NCBI RefSeq assembly: GCF_001194135.2
Contig: NC_068987.1
Coordinates: forward strand, 25,886,546-25,950,545
DNA: 64,000 bases
Reading direction: 5' to 3'
Source: Octopus bimaculoides
Taxonomy: Eukaryota
In this document: positions 37,450 through 50,904 of the stretch, piece after piece
Numbering within the stretch: position 1 is the first letter of the stretch
Layout: each line of letters opens with the position of its first letter
Made by a program: the position numbers and the translations under genes
The notes under the pieces: model-generated
What the model was told of the DNA's origin: nothing
Seen by the model: only the letters and a program-made list of their open reading frames with translations
Databases searched by the model: none

Positions 37450-40150
37450 TGTGAAGGTGCATGGCTTAGTGGTGAGAGTAATCAACTCACAATTGTAAGG
37501 TCATGAGTTCGATTCCTGGTGGTGCATTATATCCTTGAGCAAGGCACTCTAGTCCATGCAGCTGGTAAAAATAAGTAGTACTTGTATTTTAAAGAGCCGA
37601 CCTTGTCACATTCTGTGTCACACTGAATCTCCTTGAGAACTACATTACGGTTATGTGCGTTTGTGGAGTTCTCAGCCACTTGCACGTTAGTTTCCTCGTC
37701 AGAACCAACGGAGTACCAGATATTAAATACTTCCCTGCAGTATTTGTTCCAGTTCTTTACATTCTTAGTTCAAATCTTGCTGTGGTTAATTTCACCTGTC
37801 ATTCCTCTTGGATCAGTAATGTTAATCAGCTAACCCTGCCCCTCAAAATTGCTGGCTGTGTGCATCATCATCATCGTCATCATCATTTAGTGTCCATTTT
37901 CCATGCTGGCTTGGGTTGGACAGTTCAACAGGTGCTGGAAAGCTGAAGGGCTATACCAGGCACCAGTTGTGTTTTGATATAGTTTCTATGGTTGGATGAC
38001 CTTCTTAATGCCAACTATTTTACAGATTGTACTGGGTGCCTTCTTGTGGTGCCAGCATGGGTGCTTTTGTGCAGGACTGGCATTGGCACAGATGCTTATT
38101 ACATTGCACCGGCATGGGTGTCTCATGGCTTCAGCATGGGTGCTTATTATGTAGTACCAGCATAGTGCTTTTCAGCTGGTACCAGCACCCATGAGGTCAC
38201 TGAGTGGCTTGCAAGACAAGGATGTCTCACCTGAGAGAGAGATGTTTGAAATGATTATTATTATTATTATTATTATTATGGACGGTAGATTAGCACGATG
38301 GTTAAAGAGTCAGATAAAATGCTTTGATGTATTTATATTCTGGCTCTTTATAGTTTGAGTTCAAATCCCACCAAGGTCGACTTTACCTTTCATCTTTTTG
38401 GGAGTCAATAAAATAAAGTAGTTGTCTAGTACAAGTGTCAATGGTAGTAACTAACCCCTGTCCTCAAAAATTGCTGGTTTTGTGTCTAAATTAGAAACCA
38501 TTTATCATATATTTATGTATTTGTTCTACAAGATTCTTGCTGTGGAAACGTGTGTTGAAACAGATATTGTTATATGTGGGGATGGTCATCTTTTGCCAAT
38601 TTAACACATGCACTATTTATTTGATCTTCACTATAGTTTTATTATTATTATTAGTTTATCTGTCTTTCAAATTCTGCCAAGGTCGATTTTATCTTTCATC
38701 CTTTCAGCGTCAATAAACAAGTACCAGGTCAATGTAATCAAATTAACCCCTTCCTACAAAATTGCTTGTCTTGTGCCAAAATCTGAAACCTTTATTATTC
38801 AGGCAGAGAGCTGGCAGAATTGTTAGCATGCTGGCCAAAATGCTTAGTGGCAATTCATCCATCTGTATGTTCTGAGTTTAAATTCCACCAAGGTCGATTT
38901 TGCTTTCCATCCTTTCTGGATTTTTTTTTTTTTCTATAGTTTCAGCTGAAAGCTGCGGCCATGCTGATGCACCGCCGTTTGTACAACAGGGGTCGCCACC
39001 ACCCCATGCCGGAGCCTCGTGGAGCTTTTAGGTATTTTCGCTCAATAAACACACACAACGCCCGGTCTGGGAATCAAAACCGCGATCCTTCGACCGCAAT
39101 TCCGCTGCCCTAACCACTGGGCCATTGCACCTCCTTGATAAAATAAGTACCAGCTGAGTACCGGGGTCAATGTATTTCACTCATCCCCTCCCCCGAAATT
39201 GCTGGTTGTATGCCAAAATTTGAAATCCTCCTCCTCCTCCTCCTCATCATCATCATCATTATTATTGTTATTATTATTAAGAAGGTTACAAGCTGGTAGA
39301 ATCATTAGAGCATCAGAAAAAAATGCTTTGCAGCGTTTGTTCTGGCTCTTTTGTTTTCTCAGTTCGAATCACTCTGGGTTCAACTTTGATTTTTATCCCT
39401 CCATGTCCCATAAACTGTCCATGGTCCATAAAACACCTGTTGAGCTGGGGTTGATGTAATCAAGTAACCCTCACCCACTCAAGTACTAGCGTCAATGTAA
39501 TTAACTTCCTTCTCCCCTCAAAAACTGCTAGCCCTCTGCCAGAATTTGAAACCCTTAACACATGGCCTAGTGGTTAGGGTGTTGCACTCATGGTCATGAG
39601 ATTGTGGTTTCAATTCCTAGACTGGGTGATGCTTTGTGTTCTTGAGCAAAACACTTACATTACTCTGTGATCACTTTGACATCTGACACATGGTACACTG
39701 TGCACTTGTTCATGCAACATCGATTCGGTGGAGGGAGTGAGGTAATGTGCTGCATGAACACTTGATCACTATAAACAAGTCATTTTTTGTAGGTCATTCA
39801 GCAAAAGCTGAACACTCAAGCATTGTCTTCAACAGGAGAGCCAGGGGTCAATGTGATCAACTTGCCCTCGAAGTTCAGGTATCATGCCTATAGCAGAAAG
39901 GATTATTATTATTGTTATTATTATTATTATTAGTAGTAGTAATAGCAGTAAGGTGGTGAGCTGGCACAGTCGTTAGCAGACTTAGCAGCATTTTGCTTGT
40001 CTTTATGTTCTGAGTTCAAATCCCGCCAAGGTCGACTTTATCTTTCATCCTTTCGGAGGTGATAAATTAAGTACCAATTGCATACTGGGGTTGATCTAAT
40101 TGACTGGCTCCCTTCCCCCAAAATTTCAGGCCTTGTGCCTATAGTAAAAA
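37450..40150. mobile_element. Cluster of SINE families A, C and D fragments in ZRSR2 intron 3
   Basis: Many recognisable heads and bodies in both orientations; individual boundaries approximate. Confidence 0.7.
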
Positions 40151-40375
40151 GGATTATTATTATTATTATTATTATTATTGTATGGAAGGTGGAGTAGTAG
40201 AAATGGTAAAGGTCCAAAATTATTTTCAGTTCAGTTTGATAAATATCAGTAATGTACCAGGGTTTATTTAATTGTCTGTACATCTCCACATTAAGTTTGT
40301 CTCCTCCTGCCAATGTCATATCTAATTTTCCAATTTTTTTTTTCTATTTCTTTTTCATTTTCTCTTCAATTCTAG

Positions 40376-40471
40376 AGACAAATCAGAGAAGAATGGGAAG
40401 AACAAGAGAGGAAAGAAACAGAAGAGAGAGAAAAATTAGAATCAGTTGAAAAAGCCAAAAAAGAGAAACAG
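40376..40471 (+). CDS. ZRSR2: ZRSR2 exon 4 (RQIREEWEEQERKETEEREKLESVEKAKKEKQ)
   Basis: Long pyrimidine tract + TAG acceptor, donor GTGACT, 96 nt, phase 0/0. Confidence 0.9.
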
Positions 40472-40569
40472 GTGACTTTGGAAGAGTACATCCAATTATA
40501 TCCTAAATGTTCTTCCATACATATTTATTTCATTTTGTATGTATGTGTATGTATATATATATATATATA

Positions 40570-40880
40570 TATATTTACTTTTATTCTTTTACTTGTTTCA
40601 GTCATTTGAATGCAGCCATACTAGAGCACCACCTTTAGTTGAGTAAATTGACCCCAGGACTTATTTTTTGTAGGCCTAGCACTTATTCTATTGGTCAATT
40701 TTTGCTGAACCGCTAAGTTACAGGGACACAAACACACCAGCATCGGTTGTCAAGCAGTGTTGGGAGGACAAACACACACACACACACATACATGTATATG
40801 GTGTTTTTTACGTGCCACCTGCACAGGAGCCAGTCCAGCGGCACTGGCAACGACCTCACAGTGGGCTTCTTTCAGTTTCC
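40570..40880 (-). mobile_element. SINE family B (minus)
   Basis: TTTTACTTGTTTCAGTCA...CTAAGTTACAGGGAC...CAGTTTCCGTCTACC. Confidence 0.75.
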
Positions 40881-41471
40881 GTCTACCAAATTCATCTTTC
40901 AGTGTAGACAAATTAAGTACAAGTCAAGGGCAGATTTGTTAGAGTATCAGATGAGATACCTTGTAATTTTTGGACTCCTAGTATTCTAAAGGCAATGCTT
41001 GAATCAGATTGTATCAGTTTTTGCCTTTCATTAAGCAAACCTTGCTGGCTTGAGAGAGGAGAATCACATGTATGGGCAAATGCTGGTCTTCTATACCATA
41101 ACCTTCCTAGGCTTTAGAGAGGAACTTGTGAGACACACACAGGCTCCTGGATAACCTGGGACAGAATGAGCAATAGGCTCCATTGACAAGATACATAACA
41201 ACTATATTAGTCAGTTTTTCTTTGTTGTGTATGTTATAATGAGGAGTTTAGCAAGGAGATCCAATCGACCTATGCCAGTATAGATAAAAAAAAAACAAGC
41301 AATTTATACACATTGACATTGATAGTTAGATAGCTGGCTAGACAGATACATTGATAGATATTCATCATCATTGTTTTTATATGATATGTCATGCTAGCAT
41401 AGGTTGTTTTAGATGAGACTTTTTGTGGCAGTATTTTATGGTCAGATACCCTTCATGAAGCCAATTCTTAA

Positions 41472-41680
41472 CCCTTTAGCATTCAGATTATTCTGTCAAA
41501 TATAATGATTGTTTATTCACGTTGTTTTGCTTTAACCATGCATCGTCTTATAACTTTCAGATTTTTATGAGATTACTGTTAATTTTTAGAATGATACTGT
41601 AGGGTAGGTGTGATTGGGCCAGATCTGGCTAGTTTGAACATAAAACAGGTAGAATATTTTGGCTGGATATGGCTAAAGGG
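41472..41680. mobile_element. TTAA-flanked (piggyBac-type) MITE
   Basis: TTAA|CCCTTTAGC ... GCTAAAGGG|TTAA, perfect 9-bp TIR. Confidence 0.85.
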
Positions 41681-42724
41681 TTAATTGCCTGTTACATGTA
41701 TGGATACAATGTAGCTATTCTAAAAACCAGGATACACACACACACGCATATCATCATTGTCTTCATTTTTATACCTGCTTTCCATGTTAGCATGTGTTGG
41801 ACTAAGTCATCACAGTTTGAGTCGGTTTTTATTTTGAGCTACTGGGTGGGAGTCGGTGGGGCATGTCACTTGTACGTTGCATTTGGGTTTATTTTCTGCA
41901 TGTGGATGCCCTTATCATCAACCACTTATCAAAATGTACTGGGTGCATGTTATCATACCACTAACACTAAAGGGGTTGTCATAATCCCAACAGGACAAGA
42001 TCTAAGGGTCCTCTCGACATTATGTTATTCTTCACTGGTCCCACAACCACTTTGCACAGTGTATAAGGTGCATTTTGTCATGGTACCAGCTTGAGGAATT
42101 CATTGATATGTATTGAACCGGTAAGGGAGGCCCCTATGATCATTCAACCTACAAGAAAAAGCAACCAAATTTTCCTCACATCACACTGTAAAAATACAAT
42201 AGTCTGTATCATAGCTCTAGACTTCTTTTACTCACATGTCTGTTCATTCAGGGTTGATTTGGGGTTAAATAACAACAACATTAATATGAATGTTAAAGAC
42301 TTGTTATGTCATCTTATTTCTTGATGATAAATAGTTATGTATTTTGTAACCTGAGTCTTGAAACTCTGATATTTTTCACTGAGAAAATGTGCCATTTTGG
42401 CTGGGAGGACATAAAAGAAACTAAAAAAAAATCTTGTTTAACTATAGGTCAGATCTAATCAGACAACTGTATGATAAAAGGCAATCCAGCCTTGATCATC
42501 CCAATTACTTATATATTTAGGACTGCACTGACCAATATGTCCTTTCTGCTTTAAGATGGTAGGGTGTAATTTGAGAGAATTTGGCAGTTATTACTAGCTT
42601 TCTAGCAGGTTGAGCAATTACATAGAGGTTCCTTTTGACTCAGTTTGACTCAGACTGATCAGTGAAACCGTCTGACCCATGCCAGCATGGAAAGCAGATA
42701 CTAAATGATGATGATCTATATATA

Positions 42725-44072
42725 CACCCAGACCATGCTAATAGCTTATGAGTGAAATTTAGGATTTCTCAGTTTTCTGTGAATTGATTTTGAAAAAACT
42801 TTTCCCAGCTGGTTTGCACACTATGGCAGCACCATTGTTATGTTTTTTGTTATTCTGTGTAATGTCCTTTCTTTTTTATTTCAGATTCTTCAGTTTTTGG
42901 GTGAACCATACTAATAACGTTTCTCCTCTCTAAGAACATTGGGGCATGGAAAAGTCCTTAATGATGAAGAAAAGTCTGTCATCATCAAGGAAAGTACTAA
43001 AGGCACCTCTCTTCATGTCATTGCGGAAAAGTTAGGTCATCATGTGAACACGATTAGATGATTCCTGTAGGACCCTTTGCCAAGGAAGAAATGATCTGAT
43101 TGTGGGACCTCCAAGACTGTGACAGCTAGAGATTTAAGGAATATTGGCCACAAATTATGTGGGAAACTTGGACGAACAAGCAAAGCCATGTTCACCAACT
43201 CCGGACTTCCTCATGTACTGAATTCGCATCCTCAGGACTATGGCTTCTGTGTGAGAACTCCTGAAACTGCCTCCTTTAACACCCCATAACAGGAGTTTGA
43301 GGCTTCAATGGGCCCAAAAGTATATGACGTTAGACATAAGTTGTGTTCTGTTCACTGATGAAACCAGGGTGACCCTTGACAGACCTGACAGTTGGGCAAA
43401 TGGTTGGGTCTATTTTGGAGATGAGCATCACCAATGTTTACTATGTCAACAACAGGGTGGAGGAGTCGTTGTGGGCTGGTATCATTGAGGACAGACTTGT
43501 TGGCCCATTCAAGATGCCTGAAGGGGTTAAAGTAATTGCAGCTGCCTACTGCAATCTCCTTCAAGAGGTCTTGGATCCCTGGCTAGATGACATTCTAATG
43601 AATCTCATATTCATGCATGACAACACTCCCTCCCACTCTGCTAGGACCACCCAAACATTTCTAGAGTCTTACGGCATACAAGGTAAATGATGGTGTGGCC
43701 GCCAGCATCTCTGGATCTGAACCCTATTGAAAACCTTTGGTCCGTCATTAAACAGGATGTTTATGCTGATGGATGCCAATTTACATTGAAAGATGTCTTA
43801 TGGGCAACCATCAAAGCTGCAGCAGAGGCAGTCTAACCTGCTACTATTAAGAAATTGACAGATTCCATAGCTAATGGGGTTCTTGAAGTTATCTGTCAAA
43901 ATGGCGCTCATGTGGCAAAATAATTCATTATGTCAATAAATGTTTTATTATTATGGTTTTCTGTTAAATATATACTCAATGTATGCTTACTATGTATCCT
44001 CACTCTTTGTTTTCTGAAAAAAATGTCTAGATGAGTTATTTTTATTCAAACGCTATTAGCATGGTTCACCCC
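42725..44072 (+). mobile_element. Near full-length Tc1-family element, pseudogenised
   Basis: Inverted ACCATGCTAATAGC (42732-45) / GCTATTAGCATGGT (44052-65). Transposase remnants VLFTDETRV, FMHDNTPSH, DLNPIENLW with stops and frameshifts. Confidence 0.88.
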
Positions 44073-44769
44073 AAAACTAAAGAATCTGAAATAAAAAAGA
44101 ANNNNNNNNNNNNNNNNNNNNNNNNNNNNNNNNNNNNNNNNNNNNNNNNNNNNNNNNNNNNNNNNNNNNNNNNNNNNNNNNNNNNNNNNNNNNNNNNNNN
44201 NNNNNNNNNNNNNNNNNNNNNNNNNNNNNNNNNNNNNNNNNNNNNNNNNNNNNNNNNNNNNNNNNNNNNNNNNNNNNNNNNNNNNNNNNNNNNNNNNNNN
44301 NNNNNNNNNNNNNNNNNNNNNNNNNNNNNNNNNNNNNNNNNNNNNNNNNNNNNNNNNNNNNNNNNNNNNNNNNNNNNNNNNNNNNNNNNNNNNNNNNNNN
44401 NNNNNNNNNNNNNNNNNNNNNNNNNNNNNNNNNNNNNNNNNNNNNNNNNNNNNNNNNNNNNNNNNNNNNNNNNNNNNNNNNNNNNNNNNNNNNNNNNNNN
44501 NNNNNNNNNNNNNNNNNNNNNNNNNNNNNNNNNNNNNNNNNNNNNNNNNNNNNNNNNNNNNNNNNNNNNNNNNNNNNNNNNNNNNNNNNNNNNNNNNNNN
44601 NNNNNNNNNNNNNNNNNNNNNNNNNNNNNNNNNNNNNNNNNNNNNNNNNNNNNNNNNNNNNNNNNNNNNNNNNNNNNNNNNNNNNNNNNNNNNNNNNNNN
44701 NNNNNNNNNNNNNNNNNNNNNNNNNNNNNNNNNNNNNNNNNNNNNNNNNNNNNNNNNNNNNNNNNNNNN

Positions 44770-44822
<53 letters not shown>

Positions 44823-44934
44823 ATATATATGTGTGTGTGTAATCATTTTATATTTATTGATTTTTACTTGTAAAATGAAATAGATGTAAAAAAAAAATTT
44901 TAATTTGTAAATTGTCAAGAAACTGTCCTAGACA

Positions 44935-45590
44935 CAGGAGTGGTTGTGTGCTAAGCAGCTTGCTTCCCAACCATATGGTTCTGGGTTCAGTCCTACTGCA
45001 TGACACTTTAGGCAAGTGTCTTCTACTGTAGCCTCAGGCTGATCAAAGCCTTGTGGTGAATTTGGTAGGTGGAAACTGAAAGAATCCTGTTGTGTGTGTA
45101 TATATATATATATAGATAGATAGATATAGATAGATAGATTAAAGTAAGAATGAACAAGCAAAATGTTTGCCATCATTTGAAAAAGACATTTAATTTAAAT
45201 AGAGAATATAAACATATAGAGTCTGTGGATCATGATATAGAGTAAGGATTGCATAAGTTGAATAACCTGTTATCAGTGAGGGAGAAGTCAGAGAGATGTG
45301 TTACTTCACGTCAGTTGACAAAAACTCCTTATATACTCTCCCTATATATATATGTGTGTGTGTGGGGATGCATGTCTGTATTTGTCCCCTACACCACTTG
45401 ACAACTGGTGTTGATGTATCTACCTCCTTTGTGACTTTGCAGTTTGACAAAAGAGCCCAATAGAGTAAATACCAGGCTTAAAAATATAAATTTAAAACGT
45501 CCTGGGATCGATTCATTTGACTAAAATTCTTCAAGGCAGTGCCCCAGCATGGTCACAGTCTAATGATTGAAGCAAATAAATTAATAAACC
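44935..45590 (+). mobile_element. SINE family B (split by microsatellite/unique sequence)
   Basis: Head at 44935 and tail ending ...CAGCATGGTCACAGTC at about 45560. Confidence 0.7.
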
Positions 45591-47142
45591 TTTTGTGGGA
45601 CAATGCTTGTTATATATATTGGATGATATTAAAAAGTTTGGTGCAGAATTGATAGAATTATGTACTGAGTTTATCTAGAGTAAGTTTTTACTCAAGTACT
45701 GCTTATTCTTCTGAACGAAGACATAGCTGGTGTTTAAGAAGTTTGTTTTGCAACTATATAGTTCAAGGTTTAATCCAACTGCATGTCCACTTGGACATTT
45801 ATTTATGAATAAATTGGATCTAGGAATATTCATCATCATCATCATCATCATTATCATTTAACACCCATTTTCCATGCTGGCATGGGTTGGGTGGTTTGAC
45901 TAGAACTAGCAAGCTGGAGAGCTGCACTAGATTCCTGTCTGATTTGGCTTGGTTTCTACAGCTAATTGCCCTTCCTAATGCCACCCACTTCGCAGTGCGT
46001 ACTGGGTGCTTTTAACTTGGCACCACCACAGGACTCTTGCAGGCCAATTCTCTTCTTCAGAGGGAGTGGCTTTAACAGTGGCAGCAGTGCTAGGAAAGTT
46101 GCCGTGTCTTCAATAAGTTCAAAGGGATCTACCAGTTCCACACTTAACACAATGTATTGGGTGATTTTTAATGTGATTTCAGAACTACATATGATAGGGG
46201 TGAGAGTGTGGTGGATAGCAAGAGGGGAATAAATGGTTAGATGTGTAGCTTCAGTTTGTTGTTGTTTGTTAACTTTTGGTCAACATTAAGTGAACAGACA
46301 TATGCTTAAAAGTATTCCACCTCCTTTTTAAGCATATGAAGGACTATGTTATTTAACATGTCCTTTTATTATTTAAGACAGCAGTGTGTGAGTTGAGGTA
46401 GATTTAGCTGCTGTTTCTAGCAGATCGAGTTACTACATAGATGCTCTTTGTTGGTTCACATCCAACTGTCCTCTGCTTCTGTCTTCATAATTTCTCTCAC
46501 AATGTTTTAACTGAACCAAAGCTAGAGAAAACACTTGCCCACAGTGCCTTGCAGTGGAATTGAACCCTGTATTATTTGTCTGTCTGTCTGGTAGTTTTAC
46601 TATCAATCCTGCTATGATACACAGCTATTTTTTTTTTTCAAATTAAACCCACTTGTTTCTCCTGCTTCTTTTTTCCTCACACCAAGGGCCATCTCAGCAG
46701 TATTATAGATTTCTCCAGACAAATCAGTGTGCTGAGCCCTATAGTATTTATGTATTGACTGCAAGCCACAGCATACATAGATCAGAACTCGGTTCCTAGA
46801 CACATGAGGCCCCTGGGCAACTACACAGTGTGCCTATGTCTTAAGACAGCTCTCCTTACATCATTCTTACTGTTTGTTGCTCTACACCCCACCCCCCATC
46901 CACCCCACACCTTCACACACATTACAAACACTAGAGTGAATATTTTACCCAGCCCTTCACCATCAGAACATTCTTTTTTTTTTGTTCAATAATACTGGAG
47001 GAAGGGGCAATGCCCATGGCCTTGCAGGCTCTCCTAGATTGATGTCATTAATATTCTTCTTGAACCTGTTCATCTAACACCCACCCTGCCACTACTATAT
47101 CGCCACTAGTTTAGTTGTATAATGACAATATTAACCCCATTT

Positions 47143-47365
47143 CAGGGTGGCGAGTTGGTGGAATCGAAATGCTTAACAGTATTTCATCTGCCTTTATGTT
47201 CTGAGTTCAAATTCCTCTGAGGTCGACTTTGCCTTTCGTCCTTTCAGGGTTAATTCAATAAGTACCAGTTATGCACTGGGGATCAATGTAATTACCTTAA
47301 TCCCTCTGTCTGTCCTTGTTTGTCCTCTCTATGTTTAGCCCCTTGTGGGTAGTAAAGAAATAAAT
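47143..47365 (+). mobile_element. SINE family A, full-length
   Basis: GGTGGCGAGTTGGTGGAATC head to ...GTGGGTAGTAAAGAAATAA tail. Confidence 0.85.
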
Positions 47366-47589
47366 ATTAACCCCAATGTTTTGGGGCGTGGACCCTTCTT
47401 TGTTTTCTCCTTTTCCTTTTCAATAAATAAACTGTTAAAATTTCTGTTCAAATTAACTCCATGCATTTCTACAATTTATTTCTATTAACTCAATATATTA
47501 TGAAAGCTAAACTTGGATTGTTACCTTAACTCATGTTTCAAGTATTTGCAGGCCTGCTGTTTCCATATGCCATTCATATGTATGTGTGC

Positions 47590-47620
<31 letters not shown>

Positions 47621-47722
47621 CATACACACATGCATATAGGCACAATGATACCAGCATTGTTCACCTAATACTGCTATCCTAGATAATTATTCCTATTTCT
47701 GACACCCAATTCACTATTGCAG

Positions 47723-47767
47723 GAAGCACTACTGAAAGAAGCAACAATTAATCAGGCACTAAATTCT
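47723..47767 (+). CDS. ZRSR2: ZRSR2 exon 5 (EALLKEATINQALNS)
   Basis: ttgcag acceptor, GTGAGT donor, 45 nt, phase 0/0. Corresponds to the short EEALQKMLDQAE-type exon. Confidence 0.75.
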
Positions 47768-48029
47768 GTGAGTATTAACTAACCCATTTTACGTTTTTTG
47801 AATTATTATTATTATTTTAGGAGGCTGAAGGTTGTGAGCTGGCAGAATCGTTAGGATGCCAGAGAAAATGCTGTTGAGCATTTCTCCTGGCTTTGTGTTC
47901 TGTGTTCAAATTCCATCAAAATCAACTTAGCATTTAATCCTTACAAGGTCAAGCACAGGAGTCAATATAATCAACAAGTCCCCTCCCTCAAAATTTCAGG
48001 CCTTGTCACTATAGTGTTGACTGTTCCTT

Positions 48030-48320
48030 CTTGAGCCATCCCTGGATCATAAGGGTCGGTTTCCCAGTTTCATTGGCGTATAGGTTCCCCATCTGGACAG
48101 GACACAGGTCTGTCGCAGATGAGCTGCTAGATGCAGGAGAAAAGAGTGAGAGAAAGTTGAGGTGAAAGAGTCAGCAGAAGTTCGACATTACCTTCTGCCA
48201 GAGCCATGTGGAGCTTAGGCATTTCGCTAGTGAACACACACATCATCTGGTCTGAGATTCGAACCTGTGATCCTTCAGCTGTGAGTCTGCTGCTCTAACC
48301 ACTAGGCCATGTACCGCCAC
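48030..48320 (-). mobile_element. SINE with family-C-like tRNA head (minus)
   Basis: Ends in TTCGAACC...CTAACCACTAGGCCAT, the reverse of the tRNA-like head. Confidence 0.65.
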
Positions 48321-48974
48321 TCTTGTGACTATAGAAGAAAGAATTATTTAGGAGGCTGATAAGGTGAGCCTCGAAGAAAATACCTTGTGGTATTTAGTTA
48401 TGTCACTTTGTTTCCATTTCAGATATTACAAAATGAAATAAAAGTCAGTTAAGTGTTGGGGTCCTTAAAATTGACGAAACAACCTCTTTCTTAAATTGAT
48501 TGTCTTGCACCTAAGAAAATAGCACTAAAAAGGGTAGATTGGTGGAACTGTTAGAGGCATCAGAAAAATGTCTGGTTATATTTGTTTTGAGGCTCAAATC
48601 CTACTGAGGTCAATGTTGCCTTTCATCTTTTGGAGGTCAATGAAATTGAGTACCAGTCAAATACTAGGGCAAATATAAATGACTAAAACCTGCACCCAAA
48701 TTGCAGGCCTTGTGCCTATTTTAGGAACAATTATTATTACTAAAAGGTAGGTGGATTGGTGGAAATATTGGAACATTAGAAAAGATGGCTTATTGTGTTT
48801 TGTCCAGCTCTGTATCTTCTGAGTTCAAATCTCACTGTGGTCAGCTTTGTCTTTCATTCTTTCAGGATTGACAGAATAAAATACCAGTTAAGTATTACTG
48901 AGGGCTGGCCATGTACCTTAACTAGAAGCATCATTACTGGCATTGTTTTAGTTTTAAAATGTTATATTTTAACT

Positions 48975-49511
48975 CAGTGGTTCTCAACCAGGGTCCATAT
49001 AAGATTTTGAGGAGTCCATGCAACAAAGTAGTAAGTTGGGAATCAACAATAGTATTTTAAGGGCTCCTGAAAAATGTTTGCTTTCGGTGTATGTGTTGCT
49101 ATGCATTGCAAGAAATGTTAGCACGCCGGGCAAAATGCTTAGCAGTATTTCGTCTGACGCTACGTTCTGAGTTCAAATTCCGCCAAGGTCGACTTTGCCT
49201 TTCATCCTTTTGGGGTCGATTAAATAAGTACCAGTTACGCACTGGGGTCGATATAATCGACTTAATCCGTTTGTCAGTCCTTGTTTGTCCCCTCTGTGTG
49301 TAGTCCCCTGTGGGCAATAAAAAAATAAGAAACAGGTAGGTTTCCTTCTCTGTCTTAATTCAACCTACACAAGTTAAAGCATGATAAACAATATAGGAAT
49401 TTTGAAAGAAATATCTGTAAAACTAGTTTTTAAATATTGAATAGCTATGGGGGTCCACCAGGATAAAATAGTAATCAAAGGGATCCATGAAAAAAAATGG
49501 TTGAGAAACCG
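48975..49511. mobile_element. hAT-type MITE with 8-bp TSD, carrying a nested SINE A
   Basis: CAGTGGTTCTCAACC ... GGTTGAGAAACCG termini; TSD TTTTAACT at 48967-74 and 49512-19. Confidence 0.85.
49111..49330 (+). mobile_element. SINE family A nested in the hAT MITE
   Basis: Near-consensus body GTTAGCACGCCGGG...GTCCCCTCTGTG. Confidence 0.88.
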
Positions 49512-49654
49512 TTTTAACTGATAAATATATATATCCAACGAAAACAAAACAAAAAGCATCATGAGCAAACCCACTCATTGTAATAATAGTAATAAATGTC
49601 TCTTTTTAGATTTTCGTGACTATGTTTAATAAAAGTTGTGTACTGTTTGCAATA

Positions 49655-50101
49655 CAGTAATCCCTTGCCATATCACGGACTCAGTACATCGCGGATTTTT
49701 CTGGCTAGTATATGTAAATTTATATCGCAGACTCCATGGATTTCTGCAGCCGATAGGTATTTATATTTTGTTTTAGATTTTAATTATTTCTGTGCTAAAA
49801 TAAGCATTTTCACGCCTAAAAATTAATTAATAAAAATAGAGTACAGTACTGCACTGTTAACGCATTAATTAAAATATATTAAAAGAGGACATATGTAGTG
49901 TACCATAGATGAGTAAACAAAGAATTGCACATACTGTATGGAAAACGTAATTCGGGAGGCAAGTGTGTGGTGTTGTTTTGCATTTATAATAAAATAAATA
50001 TATAACAATGATAAAAATGATAAAAAAAATAAATGCAGTACAGTACTGTTTCCACTTTGCAGATTTAGGATGTAATACCCGCGATAGGTGAGGGATTACT
50101 G
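49655..50101. mobile_element. Tigger/pogo-type MITE
   Basis: TA|CAGTAATCCCTTGCCATATC ... GATAGGTGAGGGATTACTG|TA. Confidence 0.85.
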
Positions 50102-50242
50102 TATATGACGTTCACTAATTCTTGTTTTTGTTTTATGCCTCATTCACATCACATTCGAAGGGCAGATAACTCTTTGTATTTATCTGATTCTATTTTCTCT
50201 TCTTATTGACATTTCTTAATATTCACCAACTCCATCTTATAG

Positions 50243-50355
50243 GGAGGGCAGTGTTCTCACAATCCACTTGCTCCAATCAGCTACCATCACCAAAGCAGAG
50301 ATGTTGAAGTTTGTTCGTTTTTTGCCAAAACTGGTGCATGTCGATTTGGAGAAAG
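50243..50355 (+). CDS. ZRSR2: ZRSR2 exon 6 (first half of CCCH zinc finger 1, ...CSFFAKTGACRFGER)
   Basis: cttatag acceptor, GTAAAT donor, 113 nt. Contains the hallmark KTGACRFG motif of the U2AF35 family. Confidence 0.95.
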
Positions 50356-50904
50356 GTAAATTTACATTGCATTAAATTTGAGCATAATATCATTGTATTC
50401 ATCGCTTATTCAGACAACTACATACTTTTCATTTTTCAGGCAGAGAGTTATTCATTTAGAATGTTCATTTAGAAGCATCGCAATATGTGTGAATAAGTCT
50501 TCTATAAATGATTTTGTATGTCAATTCAACTATAAATAATAGTTCAACTGCATATATGTTGTTTTATAATATTATTACAGTTGATTTCTTTATTCATATA
50601 TGAAAATATTTCCTTCCTCCTTAATGTTTCATTATCATTCAAGAAATATTTGTGTATTTTGTTAATAAAAAATATGGACTGGTAGAATTGCTTGAATGTA
50701 GTGGTGGTTGGTTATGTTCTTCTATGCTCGGAGTTCATCTTCTACCCAGGTTCGCATTGTCTTTCTTCTTTCCAAGATCAGTAAGAATAAATAGCAGGTT
50801 CAATGTAATGGACTGTGCCTTAGAAAACAGTGCCCCAGTTTCATTGCAACTCTTGAACTAATAAAAGAACATCACTATCCTTTGTGTGTATACATACATA
50901 CTAA

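Noticed and set aside
43355-43365. CTGATGAAAC as a hammerhead core
   Set aside because: It encodes the T-D-E-T catalytic motif of the Tc1 transposase, with no flanking stems.
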